Assembly (NCBI RefSeq): GCF_009914755.1
Contig: NC_060926.1
Source: the human T2T-CHM13v2.0 reference genome, Homo sapiens
Strand: one strand, 5' to 3'
DNA: 64,000 nucleotides
A program made the position numbers and the translations under genes. The notes below the pieces were generated by a model. That model saw only the letters and a program-made list of their open reading frames with translations. It searched no databases and was not told where the DNA came from. This document shows, piece after piece, positions 1 to 12,235 of the stretch. How positions within the stretch are numbered: position 1 is the first letter of the stretch; every line of letters begins with the position of its first letter.

Positions 1-130
1 AATTAGCCAGACTGACTTGGCAGAAAGAGAAAAGAAGAAGATGGATGTCTTTGAATTCTTAGAAATGCTTTGAAGATAAAAGCTCCACCTGGGGGAAAAC
101 ACGAGAGACCTTTGAGGGTTCACCTTCCAG

Positions 131-243
131 TAGGGTGACCAATTGTCTCAATTTGCCTAGGACTGAGAAAGTTCCCAAGACATGGGACTTTCAACTTCAA
201 ATTAGGATGGTCCTTGGCACACCAGATTGAGTTGGTCATCCTA
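131..243. mobile_element. MER81-like hAT-Blackjack MITE
   Basis: 113 bp bounded by inverted termini TAGGGTGACCAA...TTGGTCATCCTA; interior resembles the recalled MER81 consensus. Confidence 0.75.
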
Positions 244-436
244 TTCCTGACCAGTGCCAGTATCATTCAGTGTGGTGTTGAATAAAAGCTTTTATATTTC
301 TATGGGGCTCTTTTGACACTCCAAGTCAACTTGGCCTGGATCATCTTGAACAGGCATTTCAAAAAGCTGTTGGGATTTTAGTCAAAGGGGTTGAGACTTT
401 TATAAGTAGGGCAGAATGCTACATATAAGAGTGGTT

Positions 437-752
437 GGCCGGGCGCGGTGGCTCACGCCTGTAATCACAGCACTTTGGGAGGCCGAGGCAGGTGGATCAC
501 CTGAGGTCAGGAGTTCGAGACTAGCCTGGCCAACATGGCGAAACCCTGTCTCTACTAAAAATACAAAAAATAGCCAGACATGGTGGCAGATGGCTGTAAT
601 CCCAGCTACTCAGGAGGCTGAGGCAGGAGAATCGCTTAGAACCCGGGAGGCAGAGGTTGCAATGAGGTGAGATTGCACCATTGGATTCCAGCCTGGGTGA
701 CAGAGGGAGACTCTGTCTCAAAAAAAGAAAAAAAAAAAAAAAAAAAAAAAAA
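437..752 (+). mobile_element. AluS (Sx/Sz-like), full length
   Basis: GGCCGGGCGCGGTGGCTCACGCC start, dimeric structure with A-rich linker, A-tail of ~30 nt. Confidence 0.95.
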
Positions 753-3700
753 GAAAGTGGTAGGTGCCTGTGTCACAGCCAAGCTTCAGGCTTCCATTTT
801 GGTGAGAAGCAAATTAAAAAAATAAAATGTTCAAATAATCTCAAATTTCAATGTACTTTCATGCTTCCCCCACCAAAAAAAAAATTGAAGTTCAATTTGC
901 ATAGATTAAAATGTTTTGCTCTTTCCTTCATGCTTTCTTTCCTGTTGGTGGATAATGTAAAGCTTACTGAAAATGACTCAAAGCAGGAATCAGACAAAGA
1001 GAAGATAAGAACAATCAGGAAAGAGGAGAACTTTGATGGTGAACAAATTGATTGCTGACCACTGAACTTAACTGTGAAATATCCAGAGACAAGTGTTTGG
1101 TAACCTCTCTTCTGTGGAATATGAATAATGAGCTGGAATTAAGTCCTCAAGACCTTTATACAACCAGAATAGATGTCGTGCATTTACATGAGAAGATAGA
1201 ACCTCCTATAACTCTAGAACGGATTTATTTTTAATGGAGATGTTGTTGCAACAGATTTGTTTATTTAGGTTTCTAGCCATCTGCAAACTGGAGGCAATAA
1301 ACCCAAAGTTTGTTTCTAGACTGATACAAGAACATCAGTGCAGAATGACTATGGATACTTTGATAGTACAGAAGGAGAGAAAAATAAAACACAAAAATTT
1401 GCCAAAGTAACAAAGGAAGCATAGTGGCCTGGGGCAATTTAATGTAGGGGCAACTCATTCTATGCATTTGTTATTGTTTTATACCCCTATGTAATGAGAT
1501 AGTTTAAAGATGACCCTAAATCATCAAGAAAAAGTTAGATACATTTAGTGTACCTTGTTTGAGACCAAGGAAAGTATTTAACATTTTAGAAAGAATTTCC
1601 AACAAACTCTTACATTGAGTTTTCAGTTAATCTGAAAATTGACTTCTGTGGAATAACTTTATTCCATAAACTATCAATAAAGGAAATACTACATGTTTAA
1701 AACAAAATGAAATGGTGGAAACTAAGTGAGATTCGAGACTCTATGTTAGAGTACTAGGGACCCTGCATTTCTGAGAAAATTGACTTGCAATGTCCCTGTT
1801 CAGCTTGGGCTGTGCAATGAATGCCAACTGCAGGACAAAGCTGGGTCTTGCAGACGTCCTGTTGCCCTGACTGCCGGCAGAGAGCCATCAAAAGCTTCAG
1901 CGCAGCCCCAAGGGGTGCATATATTAAAGGAAAAACAAGAGCTATGCTCCAAAATGGCTTCATTTAAAATGCAAAGGGTAACAAGAGAGCAACATTTGGG
2001 GAAAGCCCAGCTCTCAGAAACAGGAAAGTAATACCGAATCTCGGTTAAAGTTGCTTGCTCTTGAACTAATTAGCTGAAGATTGAATTCAGCATGAGAAGT
2101 CAGAATGTGGGTTAAGAGTGAAGAAAAATGTTATTTTTCCTCTTAGGTACCAGCCTGGCACTTCAGAATGTAGTAGCAGGCAGCACATGAGACTCAGCCA
2201 ATTTGATGAAATCACAAAATTGTAAAAAACACTGTGGCTGATTGAAAAGGGACTCTAGAGATGTAATGTGGGCCAGATGTTTGATAAAAGGCAGTTTTTA
2301 TCTACTTTGGTGGTAGCCTCTTTGTAATAAGATATTGGCACATTTGTCATTAAGGAAAAATAAAGAGGAATGAATAATACAGAATCCAGTGGAACAGTAA
2401 ATAATAAGTTCCCACCACTTTTGAAATACTATTCCTACCTAGAATTGATCTGCTATTTTTTTTTTTTTTTACATCTCTTTTCTTGTTTTTCTAAGATGGG
2501 AGGTTTGTGGGAAATTATACATAAAAGAAGGAAGCGAAAATCTTTTGCTTTTGTTTTACTTGAGAGCCTTTAAGAAAAAGATGGAATTTATAAAGTCATA
2601 TTTCCTATTGATGGCATCCTTCACAGGTTACAATCCCTTGACAGAACATGTCTGCAAATAACAAGATCTTATTTCTTAACAGGTCTGTGCTAGATTCAAA
2701 ATTTTCGTGCCGAATTAACTGTGTAAACAAATTTGGAATTTCTATGTCACAAGGGAGTGAAAGTTTCCTACCTCTTTTTTTTGTAGATGGGTTCCCCACC
2801 TCCAAATCTGAAGAGTTCACATTTTCTGAATCTATGCTATTCCCTCAGTGTTGTTCCCTTTGACTCTTTCTGTGTGCATTCCATGTTAATTCTGCTGCTG
2901 CTTTTGGATTCTGAAGTATTCAGAGCCATAAGCAAGGGTATACAGTCTCAGAGAGAGTGACAATGCCCACAAATTGCAGAGCACACTTCAGCTGAGGGCT
3001 CCCAGCCCTTCTGGTCCTGCCCTGCCAAAGCCCAACTGTTATGTAAGATTCTCGTGCCCAGATCTCTGCCAAGCTTGGGGATTCTGTGAATTTCTCATTA
3101 GTCCATTGCAGAATAAAAGAAGAGGCAGGAAGAGTCTGTGCCAAATAAAGAGTTAGGAGAGAAATGGACTGATTGGGTATGGGCATCCATTGGCAGAGAG
3201 TGCTCACCTCAGCATCAGTTAAGAATCCACAGAAAAGCCAGGGGACCACATTGCAGGTCACCCGCAGGCTTTATCTTCTATGACTGACATTTAAACGGGA
3301 GAGCTCATTTGATGCTGTTCCAGGTTCGCTGCTGGGTGTTTCTAATTGTGTGTTTTAATTAATGTTTTTATTGTACTTGGTCCCAGAGACTGTTTCAACA
3401 GACCAGCATATATTTAGAACTCTCTAAATAAATAAATGTAAAACAAAGGAAAACTGACTCTGGTGGAATTGTGAGAATTATTGTTTCTAAAAAGATAGGG
3501 TAAAGTTTCAGACTCTACTGCTTGAAACCAACTCCTTGGCAATATCAGGGCCTGTCCACCTAAACACATCCTATGGGTATAGCAAAGCATGGCTTGAGAC
3601 TCTTATCCAGTGTTTGGGTTTAGAAGTCTATACTCTGGGTCTTGAGACAGTTGGGAGACACTGTAAAATTTATTGTGTTGGGTTTTTTTTTCTGTATTTA

Positions 3701-4301
3701 ACAAATAAATAGGGATATTGGCAGTGGTAGCAAATATCTGAGGCAACATTTATTTGCACCTGTGTAGGTCTCTTTCTGTTGCTAGGTAAAGAAGGTAACT
3801 AGAATTGGCTAGTTCCTTTGCACCCCTTATTGTTGTCTCTTGAATTTTGTTCTCCCCTTTAAAAGGGACAGTAACACCTGAGGGAGTGAATTTAATTCAA
3901 TTCAGCAAATACTGAGCACTTCTTCATTCAAGCCAGGAGCTTGACTTTATGGTGGAAATGAGGTGTTTACAAGTTATAGGAAATGTATTTATAAGATACA
4001 TCTTGCTTCTGAATATGTGCTGAGTTTGGAGTAGGTGAAAGCATATTTGATTTCTTCTTGTCAGAAACCATTATTAGTTAAATTCTTCAATTGTAATTTT
4101 CTTGGGGCCCTAGAGAGATCGTGAAAGTTACTCAGGAGCTGTAAGGCTGGAGTGTTAGCAAATTGGCAATAGTAATGAAGCCTGGTCCTGGACAGGAGAG
4201 TGAAGTTCTGAAGTCTATCTGGTTGTCTGCCATCACTTTTTGTGTTTCCTAATAGTGGCACCCTTTTCTTCCCTTTTCTCCATCTTCAAGGTGACCTAAA
4301 T

Positions 4302-4420
4302 TAGTGGCTCTTGACCCTGGTTTGCAAAGAGAATTGAAAAAATACTGATGCCTGGGTTTCCTACGAAAGTCAACAAAAAGTGTCACGGCGATTCTATTGT
4401 GCAGCCAGGATGAGCCCCAG
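4302..4420. mobile_element. MER5-family hAT-Charlie MITE fragment
   Basis: AAAAATACTGATGCCTGGG and GATTCTATTGTGCAGCCAGGATGAG resemble MER5B; degraded. Confidence 0.5.
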
Positions 4421-4506
4421 GTGCCTTTACCCACCTTCAGCACTCCTCTTCTGCATGCAGCATGGCAAGCTTGTCCTCAGGAAAATAACCTGCTTAAGTC
4501 ACTCTA

Positions 4507-5008
<502 letters not shown>

Positions 5009-5152
5009 AACATCACATTGGTTGAAAACAAAACTTTGCCTGCAGTTTTTTGATGGCTGTTTGCATTGTCAAAGAGGATGCTTTCAAAGCTAAAATATTG
5101 CAAATATTGCTTTTTTTAAGGACACATTTTTAAACTAGGTACTCTGCTAGGG

Positions 5153-5400
5153 AAAGGTTTCTGAATCTTGGCAGTATTGACAATTTGGGCTGGATACTTC
5201 TTTGCTGTGGGCAGCCGTCCTGTGCATTGTCAGATGTTCAGCAACCTCCCTGGCCTCTCTCTACCCACTTGATGCCAACAACACTTATTACCAACCACTC
5301 CCCCACCCAGCATCCAGCAGTCACAACCAAAAATATCTCTAGACATTGCCAAGTGTCCCCTGGGTAGGTGGCAAAATTATCTCTGGTTCAGAGCTGCTTG
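5153..5400 (-). mobile_element. MER20 hAT-Charlie element
   Basis: GTCCTGTGCATTGT, ACAACCAAAAATATCTCTAGACATTGCCAAGTGTCCCCTGG match the reverse complement of MER20. Confidence 0.85.
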
Positions 5401-5433
5401 GCTAGTGGAATAGATATTTTAGGGGCAGTGGCT

Positions 5434-5935
5434 TGTATCAGTTAGCATTCAGTTGCAGAGAACAAACCCTACCGTAGCTGGCTCAAGCTGAAATGCATTA
5501 ACGACAGAGTATTTAATGGTCTACAAAACCGGTCTGTGGGCTGAAGAAACAGACACTGGGCTGGAGCCTCCAGAAATGAGTTCTGAAGCTATACCACAAC
5601 TGAATAATCAAAGGAACTGCTTCACTTGCCTTGATCTGGGCACTAGCAGTCAATGGAAAAGCTGTGGTCAGGAAGCCAATTCTGCTAAACTGGGAAGCTA
5701 AGAAGCCTTCTGCAGTAGCGGAAGGACAACTTGTGCCCAGCTTCTTTCCTTGCTTCACCCAGTTCTGAATTCAAGTTCTGAAAGTGCATTTGATAACGCA
5801 GCCTAAAACACCCCCAGACTGCAAGGGAGCCTGGAAGAAAAGTAGTTTTTAGCTTACCAGTCTCTGCAATTCACAGGAAGTCATTTTAGAAGGAGATTGG
5901 AATGGATATTGAATGAGCCCATTTTTGGTATCTTC
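5434..5935 (-). mobile_element. Old MaLR solo LTR (MLT1, possibly MLT1N2/M)
   Basis: Begins TGTATCAGTTAGCATTCAGTTGCAGAGAACAAACC, typical of an MLT1 reverse-strand end; right boundary approximate. Confidence 0.55.
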
Positions 5936-6672
5936 CATAAGTCTCTTTCCAGAGATCCTCAACCCACACCAGCGGGTAACCACCTATTCTGGGCAATTGG
6001 GGTTGGCCAAAGTGTCCTCTTCACTCCCTATTTACTCATTTTATAATTAGTTATTTTCTTTTTTGTCTTTTTCCATTCTCATCCCTATTTTCTCTCTCAT
6101 TACCATTCTTTTCACACCTCCTCCTTCTCTCACTCTCTAACTATAGACTTGAAGGTCTATAGTTTTCTGAGGACTTGAAGGTATTTCATACTTGGCCCTG
6201 TCCATGCACAGGACACGTGAAAAGTCTTTGTTGATGAGAGCTAAGGCCTAGGATACTTACCTGTCACAATCTGTGTCTCTAATCTGCTGAAGACACTATG
6301 GGAATAGATATTTTGGGGCACGGTTATATCTTTGAATAATATTTTCTCCATCTAGATGAATAGAGCACCAGGTAACATGAACAATCCCATTGTCTGATAT
6401 GAAGTAAATGTTGATAAGTAGCCTTAAGTCCAAACAGGTAAGACTCAAACTATGTTTTCTGGCTCTGGGGTGGAGGCCTTTGCAATTTAAAAAACGACTC
6501 CTTATGGCTAGGAATAAGTGATTGCTTGTCTGATATATTTTTCTTCCAGTCTGTTGCAAAAATCTCCCAATTATTAATTTAGCTTATGGTATGGGGACTT
6601 TGACCCTAAGTTAAGATTCAGTCAATATCCTTAGGAGAGGTAAAAATACTACAAGTCATTTATTCATTAGTG

Positions 6673-6860
6673 CAGGGCAACCACATAAAATACAGGAGAA
6701 CCAGTTATATTTGAGTTTCAAATAAGCAATGACAAATTTTAGTATAAATTATAGTAAAAGTATGTCCCAAATGTGGCATGGAACATACTTACACTAAAAC
6801 ATTATTTGTTCTTCATCTGCAATTCAAATTTAACTGGATGTCCTGTATTTGTTAAGTCTG
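6673..6860. mobile_element. MER53 palindromic hAT MITE
   Basis: AAAATACAGGAGAACCAGTTATATTTGA ... AAGTATGTCCCA/TGGAACATACTT ... TCAAATTTAACTGGATGTCCTGTATTT; self-complementary arms. Confidence 0.9.
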
Positions 6861-9314
6861 ATATGAATGAGATGATCAAGATATTTTTTGAGAAGGACAG
6901 GGGAAGAAGAAAACATGAGGATATTGGACTCCTGTGAGAAATAAAGATGAGCAAGTTGGGCTATGTACAGAAAGGAAGAGGGGTAACTCAAAAAATCCTG
7001 TTACTAAACTCACCCCAGTTATCAGTGACTGTTTACTAGACTTGCAAATGAAGCCCTGATTGGAAGATAAAGCCATATTGCTTCTCTGCAAATGTAGTCG
7101 CTTTCCTGCAGCATTTGCATCTGGTCCCAATGCGGCATTCAGTTGCCCGGGCCGAATATGCAAAGCTTTGAGGTAAGCAGAAGAGATGAGCAGCACAGGC
7201 ACTGGATACCTTGGAGCCTTGTAATCTTGCTTGCACAACCTCCAGATTGCATGGTTCTTGGCTTTGGTGCAGTTGGGCACAATTTCAATGCACATCTATG
7301 GAGACCATGTCACAACAACAAAACAAACCAATGTAGCTGCGAGTTACATTAACAGCTTGAAAAAACAAGTCAACAGACTTGAAGACTGCTCTGGGAGCCC
7401 CTCCCTGGGAGTCAGCCTCTGGCAGAAGGGAGTTACTCCTTTTGGACATTTTTTCAGCTAAGATGATTCTATATGATCTGCATCTTGTCCCCTTCAAATA
7501 TTTTATTTGTTTGTTTGTTTTTTGAGAGAATCCTTATTTGCTTTATGGTTGGTCATCGTTAGATCTTCCTGAGGTATGGAGTGGTCTGTATTGCATGCAA
7601 GTTTCTCATAAGAGATGACTTTTCACTCTTCTGATGTCACACCCAATGCAATGGTACATCCTTTCATAGGCTCTTATGTTACTGTTGGTCACAAACACAT
7701 AGAGCCAGATTTTCCAAATCTTCTGATGCTTCAGTCACTGCCTGCTTGCAAATTGGTAGTTAGGAAGCATTTATACACCTTGCAGCAATATCTCATATGA
7801 CAATTCTATAATAATTAGTTAGAGAAATGTTGCTACTTATGGAGAGTACATTAGTACACATAAATTAGGGCTGGTAACACCTTCCTTATTATTGAATTAA
7901 GAACAAACGGACTTCTTAAAGTATGTTCGTGGATCAGGCCCAGGAGTATGTGTGGATTGGAGGCTTGCCAATATCAGGAACCTCCTGTGCTCATATACTT
8001 TTTATTTCTGATTTTTATGAAAGATTTGATTTACGTGCCAATAACATCAGGGTGTGTGGGTGAACACACTGTGAGGAAGCCAGTGAAGAGAAGGAAACTG
8101 AAACATTTTGGAAGGGATCTTCTTAGCTGCTCAATGTGATTTCTTTAAAAACAAATGTAAGATATATTTATTTTGCATCTTCAGTTTTTAAAATATGATT
8201 TACATTTATTGTTAGACTCTCATATTTTACCTCAAAAATTTTCCCCTACATGTACAATACCTTGTAACAATTCTAATTTTTGTTTTGCTTAATAACTATA
8301 AACTTACACTTGTAAGAGAACAACAACAACAAAAACAGCAAACCATTTTCCTTATTTTTCTTCAGTTGTCTTTTTTTTTTTTTTTTTTTTTTTTAAACCC
8401 AGCCACCTCTGACTCATATCCTGGGCTATCTCAATTTGCACATGTTTCCAGAATTTTTAAAAGTTTTTTTTCCATTTTTATTATTTTCCCTAGTTGTTCT
8501 TTTTCCTATTATCCATTCCTCAACTCCTGTTTCCACATACCCTCCCTTTCTCTACCCTCTCTTCTAATTTCTCTAGACCTTTGGGGAAAGACACAACCTT
8601 CTTTTGCTCTTTTATCACAGAACTGTCATGAAGTTTTGCTCCAAGTCCCCCTAAAGTACATGGAACAGATTGCCCCAGCTCAAGGGAACTCTAGTGAGAC
8701 ATGGAATGACTTGGACTTGCAGGTGTGAAAGGGGATGGATTAGGATCTCTCTTAGGTCCATTCTTCCCTTAGGATACCATGATTCCATGAAGAAATACTT
8801 TTCAGATTGGTGGATCAGGTAAGCTCTTTTTGTTCATTTAGATTCTCCAACTCAAATATAGTTGAACCTCATAAGTTCCACTGAACTGAAAAACAAACAG
8901 ACAAAAAAATTCCCAAGCCATAAGGAGATTTAGCTGTTTTTAGAGAGACCAAAAGATCAATACTATCAGATGGTCAGAAATCCTTATATTATCTGAGAGG
9001 AGATTAACTCTCAGAAGGGAGAGTAACTGTGGTGGGATTAACTCTGAATGTAACTAAAAGGCCTTTTTCCTATCACACCTTGGCTTTTCCCACCAATATG
9101 ACAACTTTAAGCCTTCCTGGGAAATTAGAGGTCATCAATATCTACAGCAAGCCATGCCCTCCCTGGGATTCCTCTGGTGAGACTTCATTCAGGGTGAAAG
9201 AGCTGGAGCCTCTGTGAAACCATGCCCAGATGGGAGCTACTGGAAAGGGAGACTGCAGAGTTATATACCACAAGAGATAAGCATCAATTTGAATCTACTT
9301 ATTTTGTTGAGGCG

Positions 9315-9880
9315 ATTCATGTACTTGTTTGTTCCATAGCACACGTACTCTGTTCCAGGCACATTGTTAAACAGTGCCGAACAATGGTGAGCAAAGCCAG
9401 GTATGGTGCTCCCACCTTCCTGGAATATATAGTCTAGTGAGAAAGACAGTAACCACATGACCACAAATATACATGAAAAATTCTATCAGTCATAAGGGCT
9501 AAAAATGGGAAGTACATGGAGCTATTTGAGCATATAATATGTGGGTTTGACATAGTCATGAGACAATAGAAGAAAAGTGAAGGAAGAAGAGGACTTACTT
9601 GGAGGTTGCAGGTTGGGGTGAGCAGTTCCTGAGAGGCAGTGGCCAAGTGCTGAAGCTCCGGGATAGGAGGGATGGAGAGAACAGGCCAGTGCAGCTAGAA
9701 TAGAGTGAGGATGAGCCAGCCACAGGGGACAGTAAGAAGAAGGGCAGCAGGGCCAGGTCATCCAGGGGCACAAAGGCCATGTTACAGATTATTTTGGTCT
9801 TAAATCCTAAGAACAATGAGAAGCCATCAAAATACTTTTGGGGGTAGGCTAGGAGAGGTGATCAGATTTACATGTCAAAA
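9315..9880 (-). mobile_element. L2 3' fragment
   Basis: TACTCTGTTCCAGGCAC, ATAGTCTAGTGAGAAAGACAG, AATGAGAAGCCATCAAA, GTGATCAGATTTACAT are L2 reverse-strand motifs. Confidence 0.75.
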
Positions 9881-9979
9881 ATATTTTACATTGACATCGT
9901 AGGAAACATCATGAGAATTATTAGAGGACCTCAAACATTTGAAACTCAGATATATTTTTTAAGAGCTAACATCCATTTT

Positions 9980-10125
9980 TGGCTTACTTCCTAGGTAATT
10001 GTGCACCTTGGGCAAATGTTTAATTTCTCCAAAGTCCAGTTATCATATCTCTCTAATGCCCTCATCAACTTTCCAGGGTGGTTGTGAGGTTCAACTGGGG
10101 CCATAGGTGTGAAACATATTGAGAA
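9980..10125 (+). mobile_element. MIR
   Basis: Core-like TGTGCACCTTGGGCAAATGTTTAATTTCTC and CAGGGTGGTTGTGAGGTT. Confidence 0.65.
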
Positions 10126-10519
10126 GGGCAGACTGCTAAACAAGTAGACATTACTATTGAAACTTTTAGGAACCTTGAGCAATTATTATAGGAAAAAAAG
10201 CATGCAGAGGTAGCAGTTTTTGCTATGAATTACTGTGTTGCATTATATTTTTAGCTTAATGAACTTAGTATAGAGTTATTCCTAAAACTGAAATGGTTGC
10301 TAAGTTATGATAGAGAAGATAATAATGAGAGTTTCTTCTTTTTCTCTTTCAAGGGGGTCTTGCAAATGAGATATCATGTGTAAATGAAACAGGATATTTT
10401 GATCTCAATTTTTGATCTTGCTGTTTTGATTTTGTTATTTTGACTCCATCATGTTTACATTGAGGACATTTTGACCCCCCCATCTACTCTTTTCTCTACC
10501 ACTAATAACAATATTAAGA

Positions 10520-10705
10520 ATTATAATAGCTATTAAGTACTTACTACACACCAGATTCTGTTCTAGGTGCTCTGCATGTATTTTTTTCTTGTAATACTTT
10601 TGATAAAGCATATACTATTACTGGCCTGATTTTATAGATAAGAAAACTCAGTCACAGTCAGGTAGTTAGGTTAAGCAACTTGGCCAAAATAATTCAGTCA
10701 GTAAC
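10520..10705 (-). mobile_element. MIR
   Basis: TTTTATAGATAAGAAAACTCAG ... GGTTAAGCAACTTGGCCAA, reverse MIR core. Confidence 0.7.
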
Positions 10706-11334
10706 ATAGTCAGTTCACAGGATACAAAAGTGATTAGAAGTATTCAAACCACCCAACTGGCTAACCATTAATGACGGGTCAATCCTGGATTAGTTGAGAG
10801 AAATTTCTCACAATATTATCATGAATCAACAGTTATTTCTAATCAATAATGAATATTACAGAAATACATAATGAATAAGAAATAATTATAATAATTAAAA
10901 CATCACAGATAAAATGTATTTTTTACTAAATTTAAGAGATAAATAAAATATTCTTAGCAAAACGTAGATGGCAAAATTCTTACTTGGTATGAAAAAGCAG
11001 TCACAAAAAGAAAGCAAAATGGCCAAAGATAAAATCAGTAGAATCAGGAAAACCAGATATAGATGAAAACCTCATAAATGAAAAAAATCTTTGTTGTAAA
11101 ATTTATCCCCAAGAGAATGGACCTGATAAAAAATAGTATCAGAAAATAAAAAGAAAAATGGAAATATTAGAAATACTGTAAGTATGTGTGCAGAAACTTG
11201 GTCAAAGAATTATAATGATTTGGGGGGTGGAGCAAAGATGGCCCAATAGGAACAGCTCCAGTCTACAGCTCCCAGTGTGAGCGATGCAGAAGGCGGGTGA
11301 TTTCTGCATTTCCAACTGAGGTACCGGGTTCATC

Positions 11335-11661
11335 TCACTGGGGAGTGCCGGACAGTGGGCTCAGCGCACCATGCGTGAGCTGAAGCAGGGTGAGGCATCG
11401 CCTCACCAAGGAAGCACAAGGGGTCAGGGAATTCCCTTTCCTAGTCAAAGAAAGGGGTGACAGACAGCACCTGGAAAATTGGGTCACTCCCACCCTAATA
11501 CTGCGCTTTTCCAACGGGCTTAACAAACAGCACACCAGGAGATTATATCCTGCACCAGGCTCGGAGGGTCCTACGCCCACCGAGCCTCGCTCATTGCTAG
11601 CACAGCAGTCTGAGATCAAACTGCAAGGCTGCAATGAGGCTGGGAGAGGGGCGCCCACCAT
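11335..11661 (-). CDS. L1 ORF0 homolog (antisense 5'UTR ORF, 108 aa); expression unproven
   Basis: MVGAPLPASLQPCSLISDCCASNERGSVGVGPSEPG aligns with primate L1 ORF0; ATG in gcaATGg context; open for 108 codons. Confidence 0.55.
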   Translation of the reverse strand: MVGAPLPASLQPCSLISDCCASNERGSVGVGPSEPGAGYNLLVCCLLSPLEKRSIRVGVTQFSRCCLSPLSLTRKGNSLTPCASLVRRCLTLLQLTHGALSPLSGTPQ

Positions 11662-12235
11662 TGCCGAGGCTTGAGTAGGTAAACAAAGCGGCCAGGAAGC
11701 TCAAACTGGGTGGAGCCCACCACAGCTCAAGGAAGCCTGCCTGCCTCTGTAGGCTCCACCTCTGGGGGCAGGGCACAGACAAACAAAAGGCAGCAGTAAC
11801 CTCTGCAGTCTTAAATGCCCCTGTCTGACAGCTTTGAAGAGAGTAGTGGTTCTCCCAGCACACAGCTTGAGATCTGAAAATGGGCAGACTGCCTCCTCAA
11901 GTGGGTCCCTGACCCCCGAGTAGCCCAACTGGGAGGCACCCCTCAGTAGGGGCAGACTGACACCTCACACGGCCGGGTACTCCTCTGAGACAAAACTTCC
12001 AGAGGAACGATCAGGCAGCAGCATTTGCGGTTCACCAATATCAGCTGTTCTGCAGCCACCACTGCTGATACTCAGGCAAACAGGGTCTGGAGTGGACCTC
12101 AGCAAACTCCAACAGACCTGCAGCTGAGGGTCCTGACTGTTAGAAGGAAAACTAACAAACAGCAAGGACATCCACACCAAAAACCCATCTGTACGTCACC
12201 ATCATCAAAGACCAAAGGTAGATAAAACCACAAAG

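Noticed and set aside
416-1058. ORFs of 84, 66 and 125 aa
   Set aside because: Translations of an Alu and its poly-A tail (poly-K); the same applies to ORFs over the other Alus
2131-2790. Isolated + strand acceptor-like sites (AG at 2145, 2680 and 2786)
   Set aside because: No paired strong donor or coherent reading frame; such sites are common in AT-rich DNA
8285-8728. 147-aa hydrophobic ORF
   Set aside because: Non-ATG start, poly-T and low-complexity pyrimidine sequence, no recognisable domain
10780-11207. Possible ancient L1M ORF2 relic upstream of the L1PA4
   Set aside because: A-rich and suggestive, but I cannot align it with confidence by eye
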